A stretch of DNA of 64,000 nt from NCBI GenBank assembly GCA_965279375.1, contig OZ257156.1, forward strand, positions 4,512,001 through 4,576,000. The letters are read 5' to 3'. A program made the translations under genes and the position numbers. Source of the stretch: Gemmatimonas sp. (GTDB lineage Bacteria; Gemmatimonadota; Gemmatimonadetes; Gemmatimonadales; Gemmatimonadaceae). The notes beneath the pieces are model-generated. The model searched no databases. It worked only from the letters and a program-made list of their open reading frames with translations, and was not told the origin of the DNA. Below, in pieces: positions 55,532 to 64,000 of the stretch (positions are counted from its first letter, which is position 1; every line of letters starts with the position of its first letter).

Positions 55532-57532
55532 ATGATGAAGTTCCTGCGCCTTCGTAGCCTAGCGGCTGCGGCGCTCGCGATGGTTTCTCTCGCGGCTTGC
55601 AGCAGCGACAAAACGGTGAGTCCGCCGGCCAATGGCTCGCTCACGGTAACGGTCAGCGGCCTTCCCGCCGGCACGAACGCGAGCATTAACGTCACAGGGA
55701 CGTCGTTCACGCAGGCCGTGACGGCGACCACCACCCTCTCGGTTGCGCCGGGCAGCTACACGATCGCCGCCTCGTCGGTCACCGTTGGTACGACCGTCTA
55801 CAACGCGGCAGTTTCCGGTTCGCCGGCGACGGTCAGCTCCAACGCCACGTCCACGGCGACGGTGACCTACTCTGCGGTGGCGCCGGTCAACGGCTCGCTC
55901 GCGGTGACGATCAGCGGTCTGCCGGCTGGCACCAACGCCGCAGTCACGGTGACGGGCCCCAACGCCTTCACGCAGACGCTCACGGCCAGCACCACGCTTG
56001 CGGTGCCGCCGGGCAGCTACACGATCGCTGCCGCACAGGTCACCGCCGGCACGACGCGCTACAACGGTGCTGTCACGGGTTCGCCCGCCACGGTCACCTC
56101 CAGCACGACGACGACGGCCACGGTCACCTACGCCCTCGCGCCTGTGCCGAGCGTAACGCTGTCCGGTTCGATCGCGGCCAGCCGCACGCTGACCGCCGAC
56201 ACGGCCTACGTCATCCGCGGCTTCGTGTACGTCAACAGCGGTGCGACGCTCACGATCCGCGCTGGCACCAAGCTTGTCGGCGACACGACGGCACTCGGCT
56301 CGGCGCTCTTCATCCTCCGTGGTGCGCGCATCGATGCGCAGGGTACGGAAGCCGCGCCGATCGTCTTCACGTCGCAGCGCGCCGTGGGCAATCGCTCCCC
56401 GGGTGACTGGGGCGGCCTGGTGATCGTGGGCAACGCACGCAACAACCGCTCGGGCAACATCATCGTCGAAGGCTCGGACGGCTCGGTCGTCGGCGCGAAC
56501 CCGGCAGGCGTGGTCTACACCGGTGGCAACAACGATGCAGACAACAGCGGCACGCTCAAGTATGTGCGCGTCGAGTTTGCCGGCTACGCGACGTTGCCCG
56601 ACGCTGAGCTCAACTCCTTCACGTTCGGCGCGGTTGGCAGCGGCACCACCTTTGAGTACCTGCAGTCGGTGTCCGGCCTCGACGACTCGTTCGAGTGGTT
56701 CGGTGGCACGGTGGACGGCAAGTACCTCGTCTCGTACGAGTCGGGTGACGACCATTTCGACACGTCGGAAGGCTATCGCGGTCGCAACCAGTTCGTGATC
56801 GCCTACCAGTCGACCTTCCTGACGCCGCGTGCTGGCGCCGGTGCCGTCTCCGCTGACCCGCAGGGCATGGAAGTCGACGGTTGCAACGGCGGTGGTTGCA
56901 CGGCGCCGGCCGGCGGTAACGCGCAGAGCTCCGGCGCTGCGGATGGCCTCTGGACGATGAACGTCTTCGCCAACTTCACCCTGATCGGTGTCGGTGCCAC
57001 GCAGACGACGCCTGCCAACGGCGGCGTGGGTATGGTGCTCCGCCGCGGAACGGGCGGCTACTACATCAACGGCGTGGTGGCGCGCTGGCCGCGTCAGGCC
57101 ATTTCCATCCGCGACACGACGTCGGGCAACCGCCTCTCGGTCGATTCGCTGATCGTGCGCAACCTGTACTTCGCCGACGACGGCCTGCAGAACAGCAGCG
57201 TGCTGTTCGACCCGGCGAGCGCCACCAACTTCGGGCAGCAGGCGACGCTCGCCGCCCGCAACTCGGCGATCACAGTGGCCGCGGCCAGCGTGACGGCCGC
57301 CAGCCTCTTCACCGCGCTTCCGGCCGGTGCAGCCACGACCACCGGGGCGAACTTCGATTGGTCGCCGGCGGCCGGATCGCCGATCGCCACGGGTGGATTG
57401 AACAGCTTCACCAACGACCCGCGCATCGCGGCGCGCGCCGGCACCTTCATCGTGCCCACGGCGTACGTCGGCGCTGCGGCGCCGGGCGGCACCAAGTGGT
57501 GGGCCAACTGGACGAACTACGCGCGCAACTAG
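55532..57532 (+). CDS. Surface lipoprotein: two tandem 86-aa beta-rich repeats plus beta-helix-like domain
   Basis: Lipobox SLAAC; NGSL.VT.SGLPAGTNA repeats at 55631 and 55889; GDWGGLVIVGNA, DNSGTLKYVRVEFAG, DDSFEWFGGTV, DDHFD, C-terminal WWANWT. Confidence 0.78.
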   Translation: MMKFLRLRSLAAAALAMVSLAACSSDKTVSPPANGSLTVTVSGLPAGTNASINVTGTSFTQAVTATTTLSVAPGSYTIAASSVTVGTTVYNAAVSGSPATVSSNATSTATVTYSAVAPVNGSLAVTISGLPAGTNAAVTVTGPNAFTQTLTASTTLAVPPGSYTIAAAQVTAGTTRYNGAVTGSPATVTSSTTTTATVTYALAPVPSVTLSGSIAASRTLTADTAYVIRGFVYVNSGATLTIRAGTKLVGDTTALGSALFILRGARIDAQGTEAAPIVFTSQRAVGNRSPGDWGGLVIVGNARNNRSGNIIVEGSDGSVVGANPAGVVYTGGNNDADNSGTLKYVRVEFAGYATLPDAELNSFTFGAVGSGTTFEYLQSVSGLDDSFEWFGGTVDGKYLVSYESGDDHFDTSEGYRGRNQFVIAYQSTFLTPRAGAGAVSADPQGMEVDGCNGGGCTAPAGGNAQSSGAADGLWTMNVFANFTLIGVGATQTTPANGGVGMVLRRGTGGYYINGVVARWPRQAISIRDTTSGNRLSVDSLIVRNLYFADDGLQNSSVLFDPASATNFGQQATLAARNSAITVAAASVTAASLFTALPAGAATTTGANFDWSPAAGSPIATGGLNSFTNDPRIAARAGTFIVPTAYVGAAAPGGTKWWANWTNYARN

Positions 57533-57562
57533 CGTGTAGCAACTTCCCGCAGTCAGTTTGTC

Positions 57563-57598
57563 GAACGGTCGGCGCCGTGGTTTCGGCGCCGACCGTTC
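57563..57598. terminator. Perfect 15-bp inverted repeat downstream of lipoprotein gene (terminator or stabiliser)
   Basis: GAACGGTCGGCGCCG-tggttt-CGGCGCCGACCGTTC; no strong U-tract. Confidence 0.65.
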
Positions 57599-57618
57599 TC
57601 AATTCAGCCCTCGGATTC

Positions 57619-58269
57619 ATGTCTACGTCTCGCGGTTCGTGGCTCCTCCTGTTGTCCGCTCTCGCGCTCACCAGCGCGTGCAAGGGAGACGCGCCGGCCG
57701 ACTCGCAAACGCAGTCGCAACAGGATCAGCAGAAGCACATTCAGGAAGTCGTTGCCGCGGGTGGGGTAGTGGACTCCATCCTGCCGATTGCCGTGCAACT
57801 CGATCGCTTCCGCGCCGACATCACCGACCATCCGGATACTCTCCGTCACGCCAGCACATCGCGCGACGCACTGGTCGCACGCTGGGCCAAGGCCGTCGCC
57901 TCGAGCGACACCACCGACCTCAATGCAATGGTCCTCGACCGCGCAGAATTCGCGTGGCTGTATTACCCCGGCTCGAGCATGAGCAAGCCGCCGTACGAAG
58001 CGCCACCGCAGCTGCTGTGGGGACAGATCCTTGCCAGCTCCAACGCGGGCGCGCAGTCGGCGCTCCGAAAAATGAGCGGACAGAAGCTCGCCGTGGTGGC
58101 TGTGAAGTGCCCCGAGGCGCCGCTCGCCGAGGGAAGCAATCTGCTCCACGAGCGCTGCACTGTGCGCCTCACCGACGCGGGGAGACCGCTCCCCGAGATC
58201 GCATACTTCGGCACAATCGTCGAACGCGATCATCGCTTCAAGTTCCTCGGCTTGGCGAACAACCTGTGA
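57619..58269 (+). CDS. Hypothetical lipoprotein
   Basis: Lipobox LTSAC; EFAWLYYP, two further Cys; stop overlaps a possible pstS GTG. Confidence 0.65.
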   Translation: MSTSRGSWLLLLSALALTSACKGDAPADSQTQSQQDQQKHIQEVVAAGGVVDSILPIAVQLDRFRADITDHPDTLRHASTSRDALVARWAKAVASSDTTDLNAMVLDRAEFAWLYYPGSSMSKPPYEAPPQLLWGQILASSNAGAQSALRKMSGQKLAVVAVKCPEAPLAEGSNLLHERCTVRLTDAGRPLPEIAYFGTIVERDHRFKFLGLANNL

Positions 58270-58295
58270 CCTCTGCACAAGCGGCCACCGTCATC

Positions 58296-59423
58296 ATGCG
58301 CACAACTCGCCGCGTCGGACTGCGCCTCGCGACGCAGCGATTCGGCTGGGTCGCGGTGACTGTCTTGCTGTGCGCCTGCTCGGGGAAGTCGAGCGACAAA
58401 GCCGGTGACTCCGCCACCGCGACGCTCCCGCCGTCCGGCACCCGCGTCGATCTGACCGGCGCGGGCGCGACCTTTCCGTATCCGCTTTATTCGCGCTGGT
58501 TCAACGACTACGCGCAGCGCACCAACATCCGCATCAACTACCAATCGATCGGTTCCGGGGGCGGCATCCGACAGGTGCTGGCCAAGACCGTCGACTTCGG
58601 CGCGACCGATGTGCCGATGACCGACGCCGAACTGTCGCAGGGTGGGATGCGCGTCGAGCATATCCCGACGGTTCTTGGCGCGGTGGCCATTACCTACAAC
58701 CTGCCGGGGCTGGCGCGGCCGCTTCATCTATCAGGCGAGGTCATTGCCGACATTTTCCTCGGCCGGATCTCCAAGTGGAACGACACCCGCATCGCCGAAC
58801 TGAACCCCGCCGAATCGTTGCCTGCGTCGGACATTCTGGTGGTCCATCGGGCGGATGGCAGCGGCACCTCGTACATCTTCAGCGACTACCTGACGGCCGT
58901 GAGCACTCGCTGGGCCGAGGGGCCGGGACGCGGTAAGGACGTACTCTGGCCGACCGGCATCGGCGGCAAGGGCAACGAGGGCGTAGCGGGACAGGTCAAG
59001 CAGATGGTCGGCTCCATCGGATATCTGGAAGTCGTGTACGCGCGACAGAATCGCCTGCCCGTGGTGCACGTGCGCAATCGAGCGGGACGATTCGTGTCTC
59101 CGATGCCATATGAGATCGCCTCGGCCGCCACGAGTGTGATCGCTGACAGTACCCGGTCAGACTTCCGCGTCTCTCTGGTCAACGCACCTGGGGCGGCAGC
59201 GTACCCAATTGCGTCGTTCACCTGGATGCTGTTGGCCCCAGACGCCATCGGACCCGTGAAAACACGGCAGATGGTTGAGTTCCTCCGCTGGGCGCTCGCC
59301 GATGCCGGCGACATGGCCAGCGCCCTCGGCTATGTCGCGCTGCCAAGCGAAACCGTCAACACCGTCTTGAACCAGCTCGACGCGCTGGCGCTTCGCGCGA
59401 ACGCCGCCACGAGAGCTCCGTGA
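58296..59423 (+). CDS. pstS: Phosphate ABC transporter substrate-binding protein
   Basis: GAGATFPYP, YQSIGSGGG, DFGATD, RADGSGTS, GKGNEGV, YPI; start 58296 (ATG) or 58266 (GTG). Confidence 0.95.
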   Translation: MRTTRRVGLRLATQRFGWVAVTVLLCACSGKSSDKAGDSATATLPPSGTRVDLTGAGATFPYPLYSRWFNDYAQRTNIRINYQSIGSGGGIRQVLAKTVDFGATDVPMTDAELSQGGMRVEHIPTVLGAVAITYNLPGLARPLHLSGEVIADIFLGRISKWNDTRIAELNPAESLPASDILVVHRADGSGTSYIFSDYLTAVSTRWAEGPGRGKDVLWPTGIGGKGNEGVAGQVKQMVGSIGYLEVVYARQNRLPVVHVRNRAGRFVSPMPYEIASAATSVIADSTRSDFRVSLVNAPGAAAYPIASFTWMLLAPDAIGPVKTRQMVEFLRWALADAGDMASALGYVALPSETVNTVLNQLDALALRANAATRAP

Positions 59424-59440
59424 CACGTCTGTTACAAGAC
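59419..59440 (+). promoter_or_regulatory. Candidate PhoB box before pstC
   Basis: cGTGACAcgtc tGTTACAagac, 11-bp period. Confidence 0.45.
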
Positions 59441-59479
59441 CACCGGCGGGAGCCGGAACGTCATTCCTAACTTGCGGGC

Positions 59480-60484
59480 ATGAGCGCGTCACCCGCCGTC
59501 CGGGATCCCTCGCCACCTCCCGCGGCGCCAGAAATGTCCGCCTGGACGCTGCCTTCTGGAGGTGCTTCCTCGTCGCGGCTGGCAGATCGCGTCTATCGCG
59601 CCGCGATCACGGCGTGCGCCCTGCTGATCCCGCTGTTGCTGATGGTCATGGCCGCGGTGATCGTTCGCGCTGCGTGGCCTGCCGTCCGCACAACCGGAGC
59701 GGATCTGCTATTTGGGCGCACGTGGGATGTTGCGCACGGCCGTTTCGGAGCGCTCCCTGCACTGGTCGGCACGCTGGTCTCATCTCTCTTGGCGCTGTTC
59801 ATCGCGACACCGCTGGCGGTGGGCGTGGCCGTCTTCACATCGGAGCTCGCCCCGTCTCGACTGCGCGCACCCGTTGCCTTTCTGGTCGACCTCCTCGCCG
59901 CGATTCCGAGCGTGGTCTATGGCCTGTGGGGGCTGTTCGTGCTTGTGCCATTGCTGCGTAGCGCGGTGATGCCGGCTCTGCAGCGGGTGTTGGGCGGCTT
60001 GCCCATTGTAGCCGGACCGGCATACGGGCCCAGCGTGCTGGCCGCCTCGCTCGTGCTGGCCATCATGATCCTGCCATACATCGCATCGGTCTCGCGCGAA
60101 GTGCTCGCGGCGGTACCACGCGCGCAACGAGAAGCGGCGCTGGCGCTCGGCGCCACACGCATTGAAATGGTCCGCGATGCCGTGCTGCCGTACGCGCGTT
60201 CAGGCCTGGTTGGTGGGATCATGCTCGGACTGGGTCGAGCGCTGGGCGAGACGATGGCCGTCACCATGGTCATCGGCAATCGACACGAGATCCCCACGTC
60301 GTTGCTCGATCCGGCCTACACGATGTCGGCGCTGCTAGCCAACGAGTTCAGTGAGGCGTCCAATGACCAGCACCTCTCCGCACTGATGGCCGTCGCGGGA
60401 TTGCTGCTGCTCATCACACTGGTGGTGAACATGCTTGCGCGCTGGCTGGTGTGGCGCGTGCGCCGCCTCGAGGGTGAGTCGTGA
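59480..60484 (+). CDS. pstC: Phosphate ABC transporter permease
   Basis: LLAAIPSVVYGLWG, EAALALGAT, GRALGETMAV. Confidence 0.94.
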   Translation: MSASPAVRDPSPPPAAPEMSAWTLPSGGASSSRLADRVYRAAITACALLIPLLLMVMAAVIVRAAWPAVRTTGADLLFGRTWDVAHGRFGALPALVGTLVSSLLALFIATPLAVGVAVFTSELAPSRLRAPVAFLVDLLAAIPSVVYGLWGLFVLVPLLRSAVMPALQRVLGGLPIVAGPAYGPSVLAASLVLAIMILPYIASVSREVLAAVPRAQREAALALGATRIEMVRDAVLPYARSGLVGGIMLGLGRALGETMAVTMVIGNRHEIPTSLLDPAYTMSALLANEFSEASNDQHLSALMAVAGLLLLITLVVNMLARWLVWRVRRLEGES

Positions 60485-61455
60485 GTCCCGCCACTGGCGG
60501 CGGCGCTTCGCCTGCGCGAACGGCTGCCGGCACCGACCGATCCCCGGAAGCTGCCGATCGACGCCATACGCGGCGGGTGCGCTCCGTCGCGCGTCGACGG
60601 CGGGTCGGCGCGGGACTGACCGCCTTCGTCTGGATCGCCGCGCTGCTGGCGGTGCTTCCGCTCTTCGCCATTCTCGTGCACCTGATCGCGGGTGGTGCCA
60701 GCGCGCTCTCCGTGGACTTCTTCATCAAGATGCCGTCAGCGTCGGGCGTGGCGGGCGGTGGCATGGCCAACGCGATCGTCGGCACGTTGCTGCTGATCGC
60801 CATTGCATCCGCGCTCGGTCTGCCGGTGGGACTTGGCGCTGGGCTCTTCCTCGCGGAGCGCGGCGATACTCGATTGGCGCAGGTAGTACGCTTCGTCGCC
60901 GACGTGCTCAGCGGACTGCCGTCGATCGTACTCGGCGTGCTGGCGTGGGAACTGATCGTTCGACCGAGTGGGCACTTTTCAGCGCTCGCTGGCGGAGTCG
61001 CTTTGGGGCTGCTGATCGTCCCACTCGTGACGCGAGCAACGGAGGAAATGGTCAAGCTCGTGCCTGCCTCGCTCGCCGAGTCGGCGCTCGCGCTTGGCTT
61101 TCCGCGATGGCGCACCTCGTTGGTGATCGTGCTGCGTACAGCGATGCCGGGAATCGTGACCGCCGCGCTTGTGGCCGTCGCGCGCGCAGCGGGAGAGACC
61201 GCACCGTTGCTCTTCACCGCGTTCGGCAACGCGTACTGGTCGCTCGATCCAACACGCCCGATCGCCGCGCTTCCGCTGCAGATCTTCGCGTACGCCCTCA
61301 GCCCCTATGACGATCTGCGCGCCAAGGCGTGGGCCGGTGCCCTGGTGCTGTTGCTGATGATCACGCTCATGAGCCTGCTCGCACGGGCCGTTCTGCGCGC
61401 GCGGCAGTCGTTGGTGCAAGGGATCGCACCGCGCGCTGGTGATGGCGATGCCTGA
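60481..61455 (+). CDS. pstA: Phosphate ABC transporter permease
   Basis: GLPSIVLG, ESALALG, RAAGETAPLLFT. Confidence 0.94.
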   Translation: MSPATGGGASPARTAAGTDRSPEAADRRHTRRVRSVARRRRVGAGLTAFVWIAALLAVLPLFAILVHLIAGGASALSVDFFIKMPSASGVAGGGMANAIVGTLLLIAIASALGLPVGLGAGLFLAERGDTRLAQVVRFVADVLSGLPSIVLGVLAWELIVRPSGHFSALAGGVALGLLIVPLVTRATEEMVKLVPASLAESALALGFPRWRTSLVIVLRTAMPGIVTAALVAVARAAGETAPLLFTAFGNAYWSLDPTRPIAALPLQIFAYALSPYDDLRAKAWAGALVLLLMITLMSLLARAVLRARQSLVQGIAPRAGDGDA

Positions 61456-62233
61456 GACGATCGTGGCTGGAGACGCTCCCGCCGTCGAACTCCGCGATGT
61501 TTTGGCGCGTTACGGCAATCGAATCGCCGTGCGCAATGTGTCGCTCGATTGTCCGGCTGGCATGGTGTCGGCGATCGTCGGCCCATCCGGTTGCGGCAAG
61601 TCCACGCTGTTGCGCTGCATCAATCGGCTGCACGAGAGTGTGGCTGGCGCGACCTCGTCTGGTGCAATCCGCGTGGATGGCGTTGACGTGCATGCGCGCG
61701 CAGTCGATCCGATCGCGCTGCGGCGACGCATCGGCATGGTCTTCCAGCGACCGACCCCCTTTCCTACGCTCTCGATCTTCGACAATGTCGCTTCCGGCGT
61801 ACGCGCCGCGGGATCCCCGCCGTCCCCCGGCGCGTTGCGAGATCTCGTGGAGCACGCCCTGCGCCGCGCCGGGCTGTGGACTGAAGTCGCCGATCGGTTG
61901 CACGGCAGCGCGCTGACACTCAGCGGCGGCCAACAACAGCGGTTGTGCATCGCGCGCGCACTCGCCGTTGGTCCTCGGGTGCTTCTGCTCGACGAGCCAA
62001 CGGCGTCCCTCGATCCGTTGGGCACGCAGCGCATCGAGGAGTTGGTTTACGAACTGCGAGGGAGCGTCACGCTGATCATCGTCACTCACAACATGCAGCA
62101 GGCGGCGCGCGTGTCTGATACGACTGCATTCATGCTGGACGGCGAGCTGGTCGAGCAAGCGCCCACGCGAGCGCTCTTCACCACACCTCGCGACGAACGC
62201 ACCGAAGCGTACGTGACCGGGCGCTTCGGCTGA
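61448..62233 (+). CDS. pstB: Phosphate ABC transporter ATPase (copy 1)
   Basis: [52 protein letters not shown]. Confidence 0.94.
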   Translation: MPETIVAGDAPAVELRDVLARYGNRIAVRNVSLDCPAGMVSAIVGPSGCGKSTLLRCINRLHESVAGATSSGAIRVDGVDVHARAVDPIALRRRIGMVFQRPTPFPTLSIFDNVASGVRAAGSPPSPGALRDLVEHALRRAGLWTEVADRLHGSALTLSGGQQQRLCIARALAVGPRVLLLDEPTASLDPLGTQRIEELVYELRGSVTLIIVTHNMQQAARVSDTTAFMLDGELVEQAPTRALFTTPRDERTEAYVTGRFG

Positions 62234-63030
62234 TGCCGACGTCGGTGCGAGATGCCGCACTTGAACCGGCGCGATCGGCGGGCCGCGTCGTGGTCGAGCG
62301 ATTCTCCGCGTGGTTCGGCGAGCGTCGTGCGCTCACTTCCGTGGACTTCGACGTGCAGCCCAACTGCGTCACCGCATTGATCGGCCCGTCGGGCTGCGGC
62401 AAGTCGACATTGCTGCGCGCGATCAATCGGCTGAACGATCAGATTCCCGGCGCGCGACAGGAGGGACGGGTTCTCCTCGACGGTGAAGACATCTACGCCT
62501 CGTCCATGGATACCAGCGTGCTCCGCCAACGCGTGGGCATGGTGTTCCAGCGTTCGAACCCGTTTCCCAAGTCGATCTTCGACAATGTGGCATACGGGCC
62601 GCGGCTGAATGGTCTCGCGCAGGGGGCCGAGTTGGAGGCGTTCGTCGAAGGTGCGCTCCGCCGCGCCGCATTGTGGGACGAAGTCAAGGATCGATTGCGC
62701 GAGAGCGCGCTCCGACTCTCCGGCGGACAGCAGCAACGACTCTGCATTGCGCGCGCGCTGGCCAACGATCCAGAGGTGCTGTTGCTCGACGAACCGACGA
62801 GCGCGCTCGACCCGTTGGCGACGCAGCGCATCGAGGAGCTGCTCTACGAGTTGCGGCGGGACCTGACGATCGTGTTGGTAACGCATAACTTGCATCAGGC
62901 CGCCCGCGTCTCCGATCAGACCACTTTTTTGTTCGACGGACGACTCGTGGAATCGAGTGCGACCAAGCAGCTTTTCACGAGCCCGCGCGAGGCGCGCACC
63001 GAGGCATTCATCACGGGGAGACTGGGTTGA
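62233..63030 (+). CDS. pstB: Phosphate ABC transporter ATPase (copy 2)
   Basis: [47 protein letters not shown]. Confidence 0.94.
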   Translation: MPTSVRDAALEPARSAGRVVVERFSAWFGERRALTSVDFDVQPNCVTALIGPSGCGKSTLLRAINRLNDQIPGARQEGRVLLDGEDIYASSMDTSVLRQRVGMVFQRSNPFPKSIFDNVAYGPRLNGLAQGAELEAFVEGALRRAALWDEVKDRLRESALRLSGGQQQRLCIARALANDPEVLLLDEPTSALDPLATQRIEELLYELRRDLTIVLVTHNLHQAARVSDQTTFLFDGRLVESSATKQLFTSPREARTEAFITGRLG

Positions 63031-63767
63031 TGGCAGACGGCGGCGGATACCGGCACTTTCACGACGAACTTGGCGTGCTCAAGCAGCGCCTGCTCGACAT
63101 GTCGGAGCGAGCCGAATCGCTGGTCGATCTCGCCGTCGAAGCGCTGCTCGAACGCGATCGCGACAAAGCCCAGACAGTCATCGACGCCGACCGCGAGCTC
63201 GATCGCATCGAGGTCGAGGCGGAGAACCTCGCGATCTCCCTGCTCGCGCTGCAGCAACCGATGGCGCGCGACCTGCGCTTCCTCATTGGCGCCATCAAGG
63301 TCTCCAGCGATCTGGAGCGCGTCGGCGATCACGCCGTCAACATCGCGCAAAGCGCTGTGCGCCTCGTGGATTCCCGCGCCACGCCGCCGTCGGTTCCCGC
63401 GATCTCCGACATGGCGCGACGGGCCCGCGCCATGCTGAGCGATGCGCTCGACGCGTTCATTCGTGGCGATGGCACACTCGGGCGCGCGGTCGGCAAAGCC
63501 GACGATCAGGTGGACTCGCTGCACGAAGGTATTTTTCGCACGCTGCTCACCTACATGATGGGCGATCCGCGCACGATCGCGCCCTCGCTCGAACTGCTGC
63601 TCGTCAGCCGCAACCTCGAGCGCGTGGCCGACCTCGCGACCAACATCGGCGAGAACGCGGTCTTTCTCGCTGAAGGCAAGCAGATCCGCCATCGCTACGA
63701 CGAAGAGCATGGCGATGAGGCCGACGCCAAAATTTTGCCACTGCACTCCGAGAGCAAGTCCGCTTGA
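63030..63767 (+). CDS. phoU: Phosphate signalling protein PhoU
   Basis: LQQPMARDLR, DLERVGDHAVNIA, DDQVD, LERVADLATNI. Confidence 0.95.
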   Translation: MADGGGYRHFHDELGVLKQRLLDMSERAESLVDLAVEALLERDRDKAQTVIDADRELDRIEVEAENLAISLLALQQPMARDLRFLIGAIKVSSDLERVGDHAVNIAQSAVRLVDSRATPPSVPAISDMARRARAMLSDALDAFIRGDGTLGRAVGKADDQVDSLHEGIFRTLLTYMMGDPRTIAPSLELLLVSRNLERVADLATNIGENAVFLAEGKQIRHRYDEEHGDEADAKILPLHSESKSA

Positions 63768-64000
63768 GCGCTACACCGCGTACCACAGCAGCTGTGGCCC
63801 CGACGGCCGACGTACGCATTGCGGCCATCGACATCGGATCCAACTCGGTACGCCAGATCATCGCCGACGTCTCGCCGTCGGGGCAGATTCGCGTCGTTGA
63901 CGAAATGAAGGCGATGCCGCGCTTGGGCGAAGGGCTCGAGACGACGGGTGCGCTCGGCCAAACCGCGCTCGATGCCGCCGTGGCCGCGGTGCAACGCATG
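63764..64000 (+). CDS. ppx: Ppx/GppA phosphatase, N-terminal part (truncated by window end)
   Basis: TTG overlapping phoU stop; reads RIAAIDIGSNSVRQII...PRLGEGL; not in the supplied ORF track. Confidence 0.85.
   Translation, partial: MSATPRTTAAVAPTADVRIAAIDIGSNSVRQIIADVSPSGQIRVVDEMKAMPRLGEGLETTGALGQTALDAAVAAVQRM

Noticed and set aside
57558..58265. 621-aa ORF suggesting PstS with a long N-terminal fusion
   Set aside because: The upstream part is Arg-rich off-frame reading over a hairpin and the real lipoprotein gene (57619-58269); PstS has its own lipoprotein signal after 58266/58296
1..64000. CRISPR arrays, rRNA/tRNA genes, IS elements, prophage or defence systems
   Set aside because: No repeat-spacer arrays, cloverleafs, transposase/integrase or defence motifs seen, and no obvious compositional island; the sirtuin is a standard CobB type rather than a defence SIR2

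Overview
GC-rich bacterial chromosomal window. Gene content and protein style suggest Gemmatimonadota (Gemmatimonas-like), which is an inference. It is densely coding (about 58 CDS) and I found no rRNA, tRNA, CRISPR array, transposase or integrase. Left to right: Cys-rich ORF, DASH cryptochrome and hydrolases/peptidase; an envelope locus (Zn-ribbon Ser/Thr kinase, two CsgG/HfaB-like proteins, a predicted outer-membrane beta-barrel, and a ~1070-aa lipoprotein with nine 4-Cys repeats); GHL10, msrA, GH3; NhaC-type transporter / TIGR04076-like / aldo-keto reductase; carotenoid genes (cruF-like, crtI) facing a P450; rsmD, trmD-rimM-rpsP, ffh, lon; prepilin peptidase, TrmH, M48; a nucleotide salvage block (5'-nucleotidase, adenosine deaminase, PNP, udk) running into a phosphate locus (phoB-phoR, sirtuin, TonB-dependent receptor, beta-helix lipoprotein, lipoprotein, pstSCABB-phoU, partial ppx). 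The two best candidates for undescribed systems are (1) the CsgG-like / beta-barrel / repeat-lipoprotein surface module and (2) the Pho-linked TonB receptor-lipoprotein module, which carries 11-bp-periodic cGTGACA boxes and perfect flanking hairpins. Smaller oddities are a probable CTG start for rimM and a 161-nt antisense overlap between rsmD and trmD. All family calls come from motif recognition by eye, not database searches.
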